Below are positions 43,657-52,283 of a stretch of DNA of 64,000 nucleotides, piece after piece (positions within the stretch are counted from its first letter, which is position 1; every line of letters starts with the position of its first letter). Both the position numbers and the translations under genes were made by a program. This DNA is from Hyphomicrobiaceae bacterium (GTDB lineage: Bacteria; Pseudomonadota; Alphaproteobacteria; Rhizobiales; Hyphomicrobiaceae). The DNA lies in assembly GCA_046348995.1 (NCBI GenBank), contig JAXMDB010000008.1, positions 211,525-275,524 on the forward strand, read 5' to 3'. The notes beneath the pieces are model-generated. The model had not been told where the DNA came from. It made no database searches and saw nothing but the letters and a program-made list of their open reading frames with translations.

Positions 43657-44706
43657 TTAACCGGCAGCGTTCGTCTTGGTGCCGGGGCGTGTCCGTGGCG
43701 CATTGCCGCCGGCCTCCCGCCAGCCGAGCCGGCCGGCGAGCGAGACGAGTCCGTTCGGCAGCAAGAGCACCGTCGCCACGACCACGACGCCGAGCACGAT
43801 CAGCCGATAATTGTCGAAGGAGCGCAGCAGCTCGTTGCCGATGATGACGATGAAGGCACCGATGAGAACGCCCGGAAACCGGCCCATGCCGCCGACGGCG
43901 AGCATCACCATCGCCATCAGGAAGAACTCGTTGCCGAGGATCTTGGGCGTCACCACCGTCGTGTAGTGGGCATAGAGCGCACCCGCCAACCCCGCGAAGG
44001 CCGCCGAGATCGTGAAGGCCAACAGCTTGTACTTGAAATCGTCGATACCGAGCGCGCGGGCGAAGCCTTCCGAATCGCGCAACGCCACGAAGGCGTGACC
44101 GAGCCGGCTCCTCAGCAGCACAAAGTAAATGAGGTAGACCGAGACCGCCGCGACCGCGAGCGCGAGATAGTACCAGCCGAGCTTGTCGAGCGGACCGATG
44201 ACGTAGCCGAACAGGTTGACCGGCGGGATGCCGAGGAGACCCGTGTTGCCGCCGAGGCCGAGGTCGCGGCCTTGCTGGATGACGGGCGGCATGGCGAGAT
44301 GCACCGCGAAGGTGAAGAGCGCCACGTACTCCCCGCGCAGTCTCAGACACGGCAGACCCATCAGCACGCCGATCAGCCCGGTCGCCGCCGCACCGATCGC
44401 CATCGACACCAGCGGCGTCACGCCGAGCTTTGCTGCAAGAAACCCGGACGTGTAGGCGCCGAAGGCGAAGAACACGAGCTGGCCGTAGTTCATGATGCCG
44501 GCATAGCCGACGACGAGGTCCCAGGAGGCGGCGACCATCGCCCACAGGAAGCAGAGGATCAGGATGTGCAGCACATAGCTGCTGCCGACGAAGAACCCGG
44601 CCACGGCGAGCGCCGCGACGGCGAGCCAGAACCATGGGCCCGCCCAAGCCGGCGGCATGCCGGTGCCGGCGAGCGAGGCGGACGAGGAGCGCGATGCCGA
44701 TGCCAT
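43657..44706 (-). CDS. livM: Branched-chain amino acid ABC transporter permease LivM-type
   Basis: Polytopic permease with the conserved LivM core. 349 aa. Confidence 0.85.
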   Translation of the reverse strand: MASASRSSSASLAGTGMPPAWAGPWFWLAVAALAVAGFFVGSSYVLHILILCFLWAMVAASWDLVVGYAGIMNYGQLVFFAFGAYTSGFLAAKLGVTPLVSMAIGAAATGLIGVLMGLPCLRLRGEYVALFTFAVHLAMPPVIQQGRDLGLGGNTGLLGIPPVNLFGYVIGPLDKLGWYYLALAVAAVSVYLIYFVLLRSRLGHAFVALRDSEGFARALGIDDFKYKLLAFTISAAFAGLAGALYAHYTTVVTPKILGNEFFLMAMVMLAVGGMGRFPGVLIGAFIVIIGNELLRSFDNYRLIVLGVVVVATVLLLPNGLVSLAGRLGWREAGGNAPRTRPGTKTNAAG

Positions 44707-44710
44707 GCCG

Positions 44711-45583
44711 TCAGGCCTCCCACTTGCCGAGCAGGCCCTTGGGGCGGACCATGAGGACGACGAGCAGCGTCAGAAGCCAAATCGGCAGCGTCCAGACCGG
44801 CCCGACGTAGAACACGACGAACGCCTCGATGAGCGCCAGCAGGAACGCCGCGATACAAGCGCCACGTGTGCTCCCTAGCCCGCCGAACACGACGATGACG
44901 AAGGCCTTGAGGAACGGCGCCCAACCGCCGAGCGGAGAAACAAGATAGAGCGGCGCGAGCAGCACGCCGGCGAGCCCCGTCAGCACCACCGAGAGACCGA
45001 AGGTGAAGGCGAACACCTGGTTGACGTCGATGCCGACCTGCGCCGCGCCTTGCATATCTTGCGCAACCGCCCGGACCGCTTGTCCGAACATCGTCGCGGT
45101 GAGAAAGACCTCCAGCGCCAGCACGATACCGAGCGCGATCATCAGCATCCATAGCCGATAGATCGCGATCGTAGTGCCGAGGACCTGGACCGTCCCGTCC
45201 GCAAAGGCAGGGATGACTTGCGGCACGGCGCCGAACATGACCTGGAACAGATTATCGAGCAGGAAGGCGAGCCCCAGCGTCGCCATCATGATCGTCGTCT
45301 TCCAGTTCGGCCCCGCACGCAGCGGCCGGACGATGCCGCGCTCGAGCGCGACGCCGATCAGGAAGAGGATGGGGATGAGCAAAAGGATGCCCGCCCATAG
45401 CGGCAGTCCGAGATAGCCGGCTGTCAGCACCCAGCAGATGTAGCCGCCGGCCGTGTAGAGCGAGCCATGAGCGAAGTTGAGCACCCGCGCCGTGCCGTAG
45501 ACCATCGACAGACCGACGGCGATGACGCAATAGACGGCACCTTGTGCGATGCCGCCGAACACCACCTCGATGATCTGTTGCAT
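44711..45583 (-). CDS. livH: Branched-chain amino acid ABC transporter permease LivH-type
   Basis: MQQIIEVVFGGIAQGAVYCVIAVGLSMVYG is the canonical LivH start. 290 aa. Confidence 0.9.
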   Translation of the reverse strand: MQQIIEVVFGGIAQGAVYCVIAVGLSMVYGTARVLNFAHGSLYTAGGYICWVLTAGYLGLPLWAGILLLIPILFLIGVALERGIVRPLRAGPNWKTTIMMATLGLAFLLDNLFQVMFGAVPQVIPAFADGTVQVLGTTIAIYRLWMLMIALGIVLALEVFLTATMFGQAVRAVAQDMQGAAQVGIDVNQVFAFTFGLSVVLTGLAGVLLAPLYLVSPLGGWAPFLKAFVIVVFGGLGSTRGACIAAFLLALIEAFVVFYVGPVWTLPIWLLTLLVVLMVRPKGLLGKWEA

Positions 45584-45593
45584 GAGGGGTCTC

Positions 45594-46262
45594 CTAGCCG
45601 GCCGCCGTGGCCGGAGCGGCTAAACGAATGACGCCCTCCTCCAGCGTGTAGACGCGGCGGACGAGCCCTTCGATGAGCGCCAGGCTCTGCTCCACGAGCA
45701 GGATCGTGATCCCCTGCTGGTTCAAGCGCGACACCGTCTCGAGCATCGACTCGACGAGATTGGGGGCGAGGCCGAGCGAGGGCTCGTCGATGGCGAGGAG
45801 CTCAGGCGCCGACATCAGCCCGCGGCCAAGCGCCAGCATCTGCGCTTCGCCACCGCTGAGCGTCCGGGCGAGCTGCGACTGCCGCTCCGCCAGCCGCGGA
45901 TAGAGGCCGAGCACGAGATCGAGGTTTTCCTGCCGTTTCGCGCGAGCGTGCGGGGCGTACGCCCCGAGCATCAGGTTCTCTTTCACCGTCATGTCGGGAA
46001 ACAGCCGCCGATCCTCGGCGACGTAGGCGATGCCCTCACGGACGAGATCGGGCGCCTTGCGGCCGCGAATGCTCTTTCCCTTGTAGGCGATGTCGCCACT
46101 GGCAATCGGCACGAGGCCCGAGATCGCCTTGAGCAGGGTGCTCTTGCCGTGCCCGTTGGCGCCGACGACGGCGACGAGCTCGCCTTGGCCGACATCGAGG
46201 GAAACCCCGTGCAGCACGTGGAAATCACCGTAGAAGACGTCGATATCCCGGACGCTAAGCAA
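45594..46262 (-). CDS. livF: Branched-chain amino acid ABC transporter ATP-binding protein LivF-type
   Basis: Walker A GANGHGKST, signature LSGGEAQML and Walker B LLAIDEPS. Probable TTG start at 46262 (LLSVRDIDVFYG), which overlaps the livG stop. Confidence 0.8.
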   Translation of the reverse strand: MLSVRDIDVFYGDFHVLHGVSLDVGQGELVAVVGANGHGKSTLLKAISGLVPIASGDIAYKGKSIRGRKAPDLVREGIAYVAEDRRLFPDMTVKENLMLGAYAPHARAKRQENLDLVLGLYPRLAERQSQLARTLSGGEAQMLALGRGLMSAPELLAIDEPSLGLAPNLVESMLETVSRLNQQGITILLVEQSLALIEGLVRRVYTLEEGVIRLAAPATAAG

Positions 46263-47049
46263 GGTTGCGCTTCCCGAGATAGATGCGGATGACGTTGTCG
46301 TCCTTGAGCACCCGCTCGGGCGTATCGAGGATGAGGACGCTGCCGAAGTTGAGGATGAGCATGCGCTGCGAGATCGCCGAAAGCGCGCGGATCTTGTGCT
46401 CGACCACCACGAAGGTGACCCCGAGCTTCGCATAGAGGTCCTTCACGAGCGCCGCGAAACTGTCGACCTCCTCCGCGTTGAGGCCGCCGAACGGCTCGTC
46501 CATGAAGACGAGCTTCGGCCCGGTCGCCAGCGCCGCCGCCAGCATGACACGCTTGCGGGTCAGGAGATCGGCGCTCGAGACCGGCCGGCCGGCGTCGCTC
46601 GAAAGCCCGGTAACGGCGAGCGCCGCCTCGACCGCGTCGCTCAAATCGGCGCCGCCTGATTTGTCGGCGAGCCCGAAGCGGGCGCCGGTCCAGACGTTGT
46701 CGCGCACCGACATCGAGTGAAAGACCTGCGGGATCTGGAAGGTGCGGGCGACGCCGGCGCGGCAGAAGATGTGCGGCCGCCGTCCGGCAAGATCGCCGCC
46801 CTCGACGAGGACGCGGCCCGAGCTCGGCGCGAGCGCGCCCGTGCAAACGTTGAGGAGCGTCGTCTTCCCCGCCCCGTTCGGCCCGGCGATGCCGAGGATC
46901 TCGTGAGGGCGAATGTCGAAGGAGACGTCGGAGAGCGCCTTGAGCGCGCCGAACCGGCGTCCGACCGCGTCGAGACGCATCAAAGGCGACGCGACGGCCT
47001 GTGCCGCCCCGTCCGCGCCGTGTCCTGCGATCGCCTCCGCCGATGCCAT
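46255..47049 (-). CDS. livG: Branched-chain amino acid ABC transporter ATP-binding protein LivG-type
   Basis: Walker A GPNGAGKTT, signature and Walker B (LVFMDEPFGGL). 264 aa. Confidence 0.85.
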   Translation of the reverse strand: MASAEAIAGHGADGAAQAVASPLMRLDAVGRRFGALKALSDVSFDIRPHEILGIAGPNGAGKTTLLNVCTGALAPSSGRVLVEGGDLAGRRPHIFCRAGVARTFQIPQVFHSMSVRDNVWTGARFGLADKSGGADLSDAVEAALAVTGLSSDAGRPVSSADLLTRKRVMLAAALATGPKLVFMDEPFGGLNAEEVDSFAALVKDLYAKLGVTFVVVEHKIRALSAISQRMLILNFGSVLILDTPERVLKDDNVIRIYLGKRNLA

Positions 47050-47160
47050 CGGCCTCGCCCCCGAAATGTCAGGCGCGGACCATAGGGGATCGGGGAGCGG
47101 CGGGGAAGGGGCGGGGATGGAAATCAGAAGGCGCTCTTACCGCCCCCAGCACCCACCCCA

Positions 47161-48522
47161 CTACTCGTCCGCCAGCGCATACTTCTTGAGCAGCCGGTAC
47201 GTATTGCGCTCGCTGATGCCGAGCACCTCGGCGATGCGGGAGCGGTGGCCGTTGTATTTGACGACGAGGTCGCCGATGTAGCGGCGCCTGATTTCCTCGA
47301 GCGTCGGCTCGTGGTCGAAGCTCAGCACCGACTGATCGGCTCCCGCGCCCGGCGTGCCCTGCAGCATGATGTGGCCGGCATGGATGACCGGTGCGTCGCC
47401 CGAGACGAGGATCGCGCGCTCGATGACGTTCCTGAGCTCGCGGATGTTGCCGGGCCACGCGTAGCTCGTCAGCAGGTCGATCGCATCCTTGCCGAGCCGC
47501 TTCATCTTCGCGCGCTGGAACGAGCGCGTCTCGAGGAAGCGGTCGGCGATGAGCGCGATGTCCTCGCGCCGGTGGCGGAGCGGCGGCACATTGATGAGCA
47601 CGGTCGCCAGGCGATAGTAGAGGTCGGAGCGGAAGCGGGCGTCGTCGATGAGCCCGAGCAGGTTGCGGTTGGTCGCGGCGACGAAGCGGACGTCGCTCGA
47701 CAGGCTCTGCACGCCGCCGACGCGCCGGAACTCTCCCGTCTCGAGCACGCGCAGCAACTTCGCTTGCATGCCCGCCGGCAGCTCGCCGATCTCGTCCAGG
47801 AAGACGGTGCCGCCTTCGGCAACCTCGATGAGGCCGTCCTTGCGGCGCTCGGCCCCCGTGAAGGCGCCGCGCTCGTGGCCGAACAGCTCCGACTCGAACA
47901 GCGTGTCCTGCAGCGTCGTCGCGTCGATGGCGACGAAGTTCGATTTTGCCCGCTGCGACAGGAGATGGATCGACTTCGCCACCAGCTCCTTGCCGACTCC
48001 ACTCTCGCCCTCGATCAGGATCGTCGAGTTGGAGGGCGCGACGAGCTCGATCAGGCGCACCATCTCGAGGAAGGCCGGGCTGCGGCCCACCATCAATTGT
48101 GTGAGGCTCGGATTGAGCTGATCGCGGTAGTAGTCGAAGCTGCGCTTGAGCGAGCTCGTCTCCAGAACGCGATTGACGGCGAGCTCGAGCTCGGACGGAT
48201 TGACCGGCTTGACGAGGTACTCGGCGGCGCCCGCCCGCATGCTCTCGACCGCCTGCTTGATGCTGCCGCTCGCCGTCAGCACGATGACCGGGCAATGCGT
48301 CGTCAGCTCCGGCAGGCACGCGCTGCCTTCGGCATCCGGCAGCTTCATGTCGAGCATCACGAGCGAGGGGTCGCCGGCATGCAGCGCCGCCTTGGCCTCG
48401 ACCCAGGTGTGCGCACTCGTCGTGAAGTGCCCCATGCGCCGCATCTGCTCGACGAGCAGCCGGTTGAGAGTCCGGTCGTCCTCGATGACGAGAACGCGCT
48501 TGCTGTGACGTGCCGCTTTCAT
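47161..48522 (-). CDS. Sigma-54-dependent response regulator (NtrC/Fis family enhancer-binding protein)
   Basis: Receiver domain (D in MLDMKLP). AAA+ sigma-54 interaction domain with Walker A GESGVGKE, the GAFTGA motif (ERGAFTGAE) and Walker B (FLDEIGEL). C-terminal Fis-type HTH. 453 aa. Confidence 0.9.
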   Translation of the reverse strand: MKAARHSKRVLVIEDDRTLNRLLVEQMRRMGHFTTSAHTWVEAKAALHAGDPSLVMLDMKLPDAEGSACLPELTTHCPVIVLTASGSIKQAVESMRAGAAEYLVKPVNPSELELAVNRVLETSSLKRSFDYYRDQLNPSLTQLMVGRSPAFLEMVRLIELVAPSNSTILIEGESGVGKELVAKSIHLLSQRAKSNFVAIDATTLQDTLFESELFGHERGAFTGAERRKDGLIEVAEGGTVFLDEIGELPAGMQAKLLRVLETGEFRRVGGVQSLSSDVRFVAATNRNLLGLIDDARFRSDLYYRLATVLINVPPLRHRREDIALIADRFLETRSFQRAKMKRLGKDAIDLLTSYAWPGNIRELRNVIERAILVSGDAPVIHAGHIMLQGTPGAGADQSVLSFDHEPTLEEIRRRYIGDLVVKYNGHRSRIAEVLGISERNTYRLLKKYALADE

Positions 48523-50369
48523 GGGAGAGCCGCCTGTCGATCGGCCGACGGCATGGTGATGCGGAATCGCGTGCCCGAACCGCTCTTGCTCTCGACCGTG
48601 ATGGTGCCGCCCCAGCTTTTCAGGATCTCGCGACAGATCGGCAGGCCGAGGCCGGTGCCGTGCGCGCCATCGGCCCGGCGGCTCCAGAACGGCTCGAAGA
48701 TGCGCTGCTGATGCTCGAGAGGAATGCCGCAGCCGGTGTCGGCGAAATCGATCTCGAGGGAGTCGCCCGCGCGGCGGCCGGTGATCGTCAGCACGCCGCC
48801 TTCGGGCATGGCGTGAAACGCGTTCTGGGCGATGTTGAGCGCGAGCATGCGCATGTCGCTGTCGCTGGCGATGACTCTGAGATCGGGCGCGATCGCAGAC
48901 CGGATCTCGATCTTGCCCCCTAGAGCCTCGGCCGACAGGAGCGAGAGCGTATCGGCGACCACGTCGTTGAGGACGACGAGCTCGGGCTCTCCGCTCGACG
49001 GCGAGGACAGTTTGAGAAGCCGCTCCGTCACCTCGATGCAGCGGCCGATCTGCTGCTCGATCACCGGCACATAGGTGCGCGCGCCATCAAACCGCTCCTC
49101 GGCGATCTCGCGGCTGACGGCGCTCAGGCCGAACTGGATGGACGCCAGCGGATTGTGAATCTCGTGGGCGACGCCGGCGGCGAGGTAGCCGATCTCCGAC
49201 AGCCGCTGCTCCTGCGAGACCTTCAAGTCCTGGCTCAGATCGCGCACGACCTCGACGATCACATCGCGCCGCTCGCCCTTCACCTCGATCGACAACGGGG
49301 CGGCGGACACCTCGACATAATACTGCGTCGCGTCCTTGCGCACGTGACGATGCCGGCAGCTGACTTGGGATTGGCCCTTGCGCATCTCCTCGAGCGGACA
49401 CGTGACAAGCGTCGGCGCGCAGGGCCGGTCGCGACCGTGGCTCGAGAGGTAGCAAGGTCCGCCGACGATCTCGCCGCGTGCGTAGCCCGTCTGCGCCGCG
49501 AAGGCCGTGTTCGCCATAAGTACGGTGTAGTCGGCGTCGATGACGCGCACGCCGTCGGGCATGCCGTCGATGAGCGCCTGCAGGTTGGCCTCGCGCCGCT
49601 CGATGCTGCGAATGCCGTCGCCGATCTTTGCGGCCATGGCGTTGAACGATCTGGCGAGCGCTGCCATCTCGTCATGACCGCGCTCGGGCAGGCGCTCTTC
49701 CAAATAGCCATGCGCGATCGCCGCAGTCGCCGCGTCGAGACGCGCGAGCGGCGCGAGCACTGCCCGGTGCAGAACCGAAGCGATGCCGGCGATGGCGACC
49801 GCGAGCACCGTGCCGCCGGCGCCGCCGAGTGCCAAGGTCGCGCGGAGGATGTTGCCGAGGATGGAGCCGTCGGCATAGTCGACGACGATCGTGGACGCGG
49901 CGTCCCCGCCGCGGGCAAGCGTCGCCACGGTTCGCATGACGTCGCCTCGGTCGCCCTCGACGACACCGGCGCGTATCCCCTCACGCCCCTCGACCGGCCG
50001 GCACTCCGGACAGGTCCGATCCGTGACAGCTACCGTGGCTGTCCCGGTCGCGGCAAGCACCGTTCCATCGCGCGCCAAAACCGCGATTCCCACGACACCC
50101 GGATGCTGGCCGGCCGCGTCGATGGCCGTCCGCAGGGCCGCGCGATCGGACAGCGGCGCGCGGCTCTCGAGCGTGGCCTGTGCGAGATCGCTGATCGCTA
50201 CCGCGGCGTTCGTGCGATCCGACAGCATGTGGTTGCGATAGGCGAGCATCAGGATGAGGAGAAAGAAGAGCGAGGCGAGTGACGGGATGACGATCACGGT
50301 CATGAGCAGCCGGCGGCGCAGGCTGCCTGCTATCCAGTCCCGAACCGCTGAGACCGCTCGCATGCTCAT
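48519..50369 (-). CDS. PAS domain sensor histidine kinase (membrane; HAMP-like, PAS, HisKA, HATPase_c)
   Basis: TM helix (LLMTVIVIPSLASLFFLLILMLA), several Cys clusters (CPECRP; CYLSSHGRDRPCAPTLVTCP), H-box (GVAHEIHNPLASI) and ATPase boxes (DTGCGIP, GTGLGLPI). The probable start is the internal ATG at about 50369, adjacent to the upstream gene's stop. The ORF track extends to 50441. Confidence 0.85.
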   Translation of the reverse strand: MSMRAVSAVRDWIAGSLRRRLLMTVIVIPSLASLFFLLILMLAYRNHMLSDRTNAAVAISDLAQATLESRAPLSDRAALRTAIDAAGQHPGVVGIAVLARDGTVLAATGTATVAVTDRTCPECRPVEGREGIRAGVVEGDRGDVMRTVATLARGGDAASTIVVDYADGSILGNILRATLALGGAGGTVLAVAIAGIASVLHRAVLAPLARLDAATAAIAHGYLEERLPERGHDEMAALARSFNAMAAKIGDGIRSIERREANLQALIDGMPDGVRVIDADYTVLMANTAFAAQTGYARGEIVGGPCYLSSHGRDRPCAPTLVTCPLEEMRKGQSQVSCRHRHVRKDATQYYVEVSAAPLSIEVKGERRDVIVEVVRDLSQDLKVSQEQRLSEIGYLAAGVAHEIHNPLASIQFGLSAVSREIAEERFDGARTYVPVIEQQIGRCIEVTERLLKLSSPSSGEPELVVLNDVVADTLSLLSAEALGGKIEIRSAIAPDLRVIASDSDMRMLALNIAQNAFHAMPEGGVLTITGRRAGDSLEIDFADTGCGIPLEHQQRIFEPFWSRRADGAHGTGLGLPICREILKSWGGTITVESKSGSGTRFRITMPSADRQAALP

Positions 50370-50839
50370 TGCCGCGCGAGCCGGAGCAGGAGCGATTCTT
50401 GGGGTGCCTCGTCGGCATCGATCTCGACCACGCGCGAGCATCGCGCCGGCAAATCGGCCTCGTGCGCGGCAATCGGGATGACGACGGGGTGGCCCCGCGG
50501 CGTATCGAGGAAATGCGCGAGAAACGCACGACGCTCGCTCGCGGGCTTCGTCGCCAAGAGCGCCTCGGCATTCTGCAACACCAGACCGGAGGGCGCGATG
50601 CCATCGGCGATCGCCTCGTCGATGGCGGTGAGGGGCAAGCGTGCGGCGTCCCAGCCGAGCGGCTTCAGGCGCTCAGCACGGAAATCCACATACGCAAGTC
50701 CCAGCGCGCGCGCCATCTCCTCGACGAGTGCGGGGTGATAGCGCGTCAGCTTGGCGATGAAGCCACCCCGGCGGCCGTGCGCATCGAGGCATGCCTCGAT
50801 GGCGGTCAACCAGCGCGGTGCACCGGGCTGCTGGGTCAT
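50366..50839 (-). CDS. Hypothetical protein (157 aa), first gene of the kinase/EBP operon
   Basis: It is co-oriented with, and abuts, the kinase gene. No signal peptide or recognisable motif. Confidence 0.45.
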   Translation of the reverse strand: MTQQPGAPRWLTAIEACLDAHGRRGGFIAKLTRYHPALVEEMARALGLAYVDFRAERLKPLGWDAARLPLTAIDEAIADGIAPSGLVLQNAEALLATKPASERRAFLAHFLDTPRGHPVVIPIAAHEADLPARCSRVVEIDADEAPQESLLLRLARQ

Positions 50840-51193
50840 CTCCTAATCTCTCGCGATTCCATTTGGGTAAGCGCCCCCACGGCGTCCCCCGATCGGGACG
50901 CCCTCTGCGCTCACGATGTGTGCATTGTTTCTCTGCTAATGGGCTCGCGCTTTGCGCCCGATCAATTCGGATGAGCGAGTTGATCAGCGCTCGTCCTACC
51001 CGATCGGCGCTACCCCCGAAGCGAGCCTGACAAGTTGTCCGAAGCGAAAAGCGAGGCGAAACAAGGCAAACCGGTTGGCAACCCAAAAGCGACCCGACAG
51101 AATGGCAGATTCGCTGAGCCGATCCGGAGTTGAAATCACCCAGGCTAAGTCATAAGCTATTGTTTTTAAATCACTATTTTATCGTCGGTAAGG

Positions 51194-51210
51194 TTGGCAC
51201 ACGGCTTGCT
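51194..51210 (+). promoter_or_regulatory. Sigma-54 (RpoN) -24/-12 promoter
   Basis: TTGGCACacggcTTGCT matches the TGGCAC-N5-TTGCW consensus with the conserved GG and GC dinucleotides correctly spaced. It sits ~50 nt upstream of the ATG at 51258 and is preceded by an unusually AT-rich stretch (51150-51185) with an IHF-like AATCACTATTTTA. Confidence 0.65.
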
Positions 51211-51257
51211 GTGACGAGGTTCGTTAACGAATTCTCACTCGAGCAAGGTCGCATCGT

Positions 51258-51587
51258 ATGTTCGCAGCCGATCGCCGTCGGGTCGCAAATCTCCGCTCCG
51301 TGTTCGCCGCATCGCTCATCGTGCCATGTCTCGCCGTGCCCGCAGTCGCTGCGGGGCAGGCGTGGATCGCGGGGACTGCTCCCTCCATGCGCCCGGCCGA
51401 CGCGCCAGTGCTGGCGGCGGTCGACCACGACAAGGCTTGGTTCAAGCGAGCGCTGGCTGGCGTCTCGAAACCGGTACCGCCGAGCCTCGATTTTCTGAAG
51501 GATCAGGGCGGCTGGTTCACACCGTTCACGCACCCCGGAATGACGGGGCGCTACGACATTCGCAACCTCCACAACCAAGAGCCCTAG
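51258..51587 (+). CDS. Small secreted hypothetical protein (109 aa), first gene of the sigma-54 operon
   Basis: Signal peptide (AASLIVPCLAVPAVAAGQA). The conserved-looking C-terminus (GWFTPFTHPGMTGRYDIRNLHNQEP) matches no family I recognise. Confidence 0.5.
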   Translation: MFAADRRRVANLRSVFAASLIVPCLAVPAVAAGQAWIAGTAPSMRPADAPVLAAVDHDKAWFKRALAGVSKPVPPSLDFLKDQGGWFTPFTHPGMTGRYDIRNLHNQEP

Positions 51588-51719
51588 CCAACCGAACGTC
51601 TGGCAGAGCGCCAATCCCTTGGTGCGCTGCCGATAGCTGATCGCTGGGCTGCGATCGAACGCATGTGGCGGCCCCCAGCCCGAAACCGGGACCGCCTCGC
51701 AATACAGGAGCTTGAAACT

Positions 51720-52184
51720 ATGAAACGTATCGCAGCTGTCGCCGCCATCGCCCTCCTCTCCTCGTTCGGCGCTGCCTTCGCCGAGGACGAGCAGGCCGGC
51801 ATGTCCGGCATGAGCGGCATGTCCGGCATGGCCGGCGGCAACGCCGACTGGGTTTGCACGATGTGGGTCGACGCCGGCCAGATCGGCATGTCCGGGATGG
51901 GCGGCATGTCGGGCATGGGCGGCATGAATGGCATGAGTGGCATGGACGGCATGTCGGGCATGAATGGCATGTCGGGCATGGACGGCATGAGCGGCATGAA
52001 TGGCATGTCCGGCATGGATGGCATGAACGGCATGTCCGGGATGGATGGCATGAGCGGCATGAACGGCATGTCGGGCATGAACGGCATGTCCGGGATGGAC
52101 GGCATGTCGGGCATGAGCGGCATGGGCGGTCAGCCCGGCCAGGCTTGCGCTCAGTGGACGCACAAGACGCAGGTGAAGCAGTAA
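51720..52184 (+). CDS. Secreted methionine-rich Gly-Met-X tripeptide-repeat protein
   Basis: ATG 51720 preceded by CAGGAG. Signal peptide MKRIAAVAAIALLSSFGAAFA. About 31 GM(S/N/D/G) tripeptide repeats are bracketed by Cys residues (DWVCTMW ... QACAQWTHK). The underlying DNA is a 9-bp tandem array ggcatg(tcc/agc/aac/gac). Confidence 0.8.
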   Translation: MKRIAAVAAIALLSSFGAAFAEDEQAGMSGMSGMSGMAGGNADWVCTMWVDAGQIGMSGMGGMSGMGGMNGMSGMDGMSGMNGMSGMDGMSGMNGMSGMDGMNGMSGMDGMSGMNGMSGMNGMSGMDGMSGMSGMGGQPGQACAQWTHKTQVKQ

Positions 52185-52283
52185 TCGCACCTGCCCGGGT
52201 GGAGGCTGCGGAACCCGCGTCCGCGGTCTCTACCCGGACTTCTCAGATCCTTTGCATGCGAATGCGTTTCGCGAGGGGGCGAA

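Noticed and set aside
43457-44754. 396-aa (-) and 372-aa (+) ORFs over livM
   Set aside because: Alternative frames of the permease gene without hydrophobic periodicity.
51588-51719. A second sigma-54 promoter between the small secreted gene and the GMX-repeat gene (TGGCAG...)
   Set aside because: TGGCAGagcgcCAATC lacks the -12 GC element at the right spacing.
51720-52184. Calling the GMX-repeat protein a copper chaperone or resistance protein outright
   Set aside because: No P-type ATPase, multicopper oxidase, CusF/CopC or other copper genes are nearby. The operon partners are a molybdoenzyme module. Copper binding is kept only as the alternative hypothesis.
51174-52190. 338-aa minus-strand ORF full of MPDMP/FMP/HAxHA repeats
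   Set aside because: It is the reverse-complement shadow of the 9-bp GMX tandem array, with no independent start context. The plus-strand gene has a signal peptide, an RBS and operon context.
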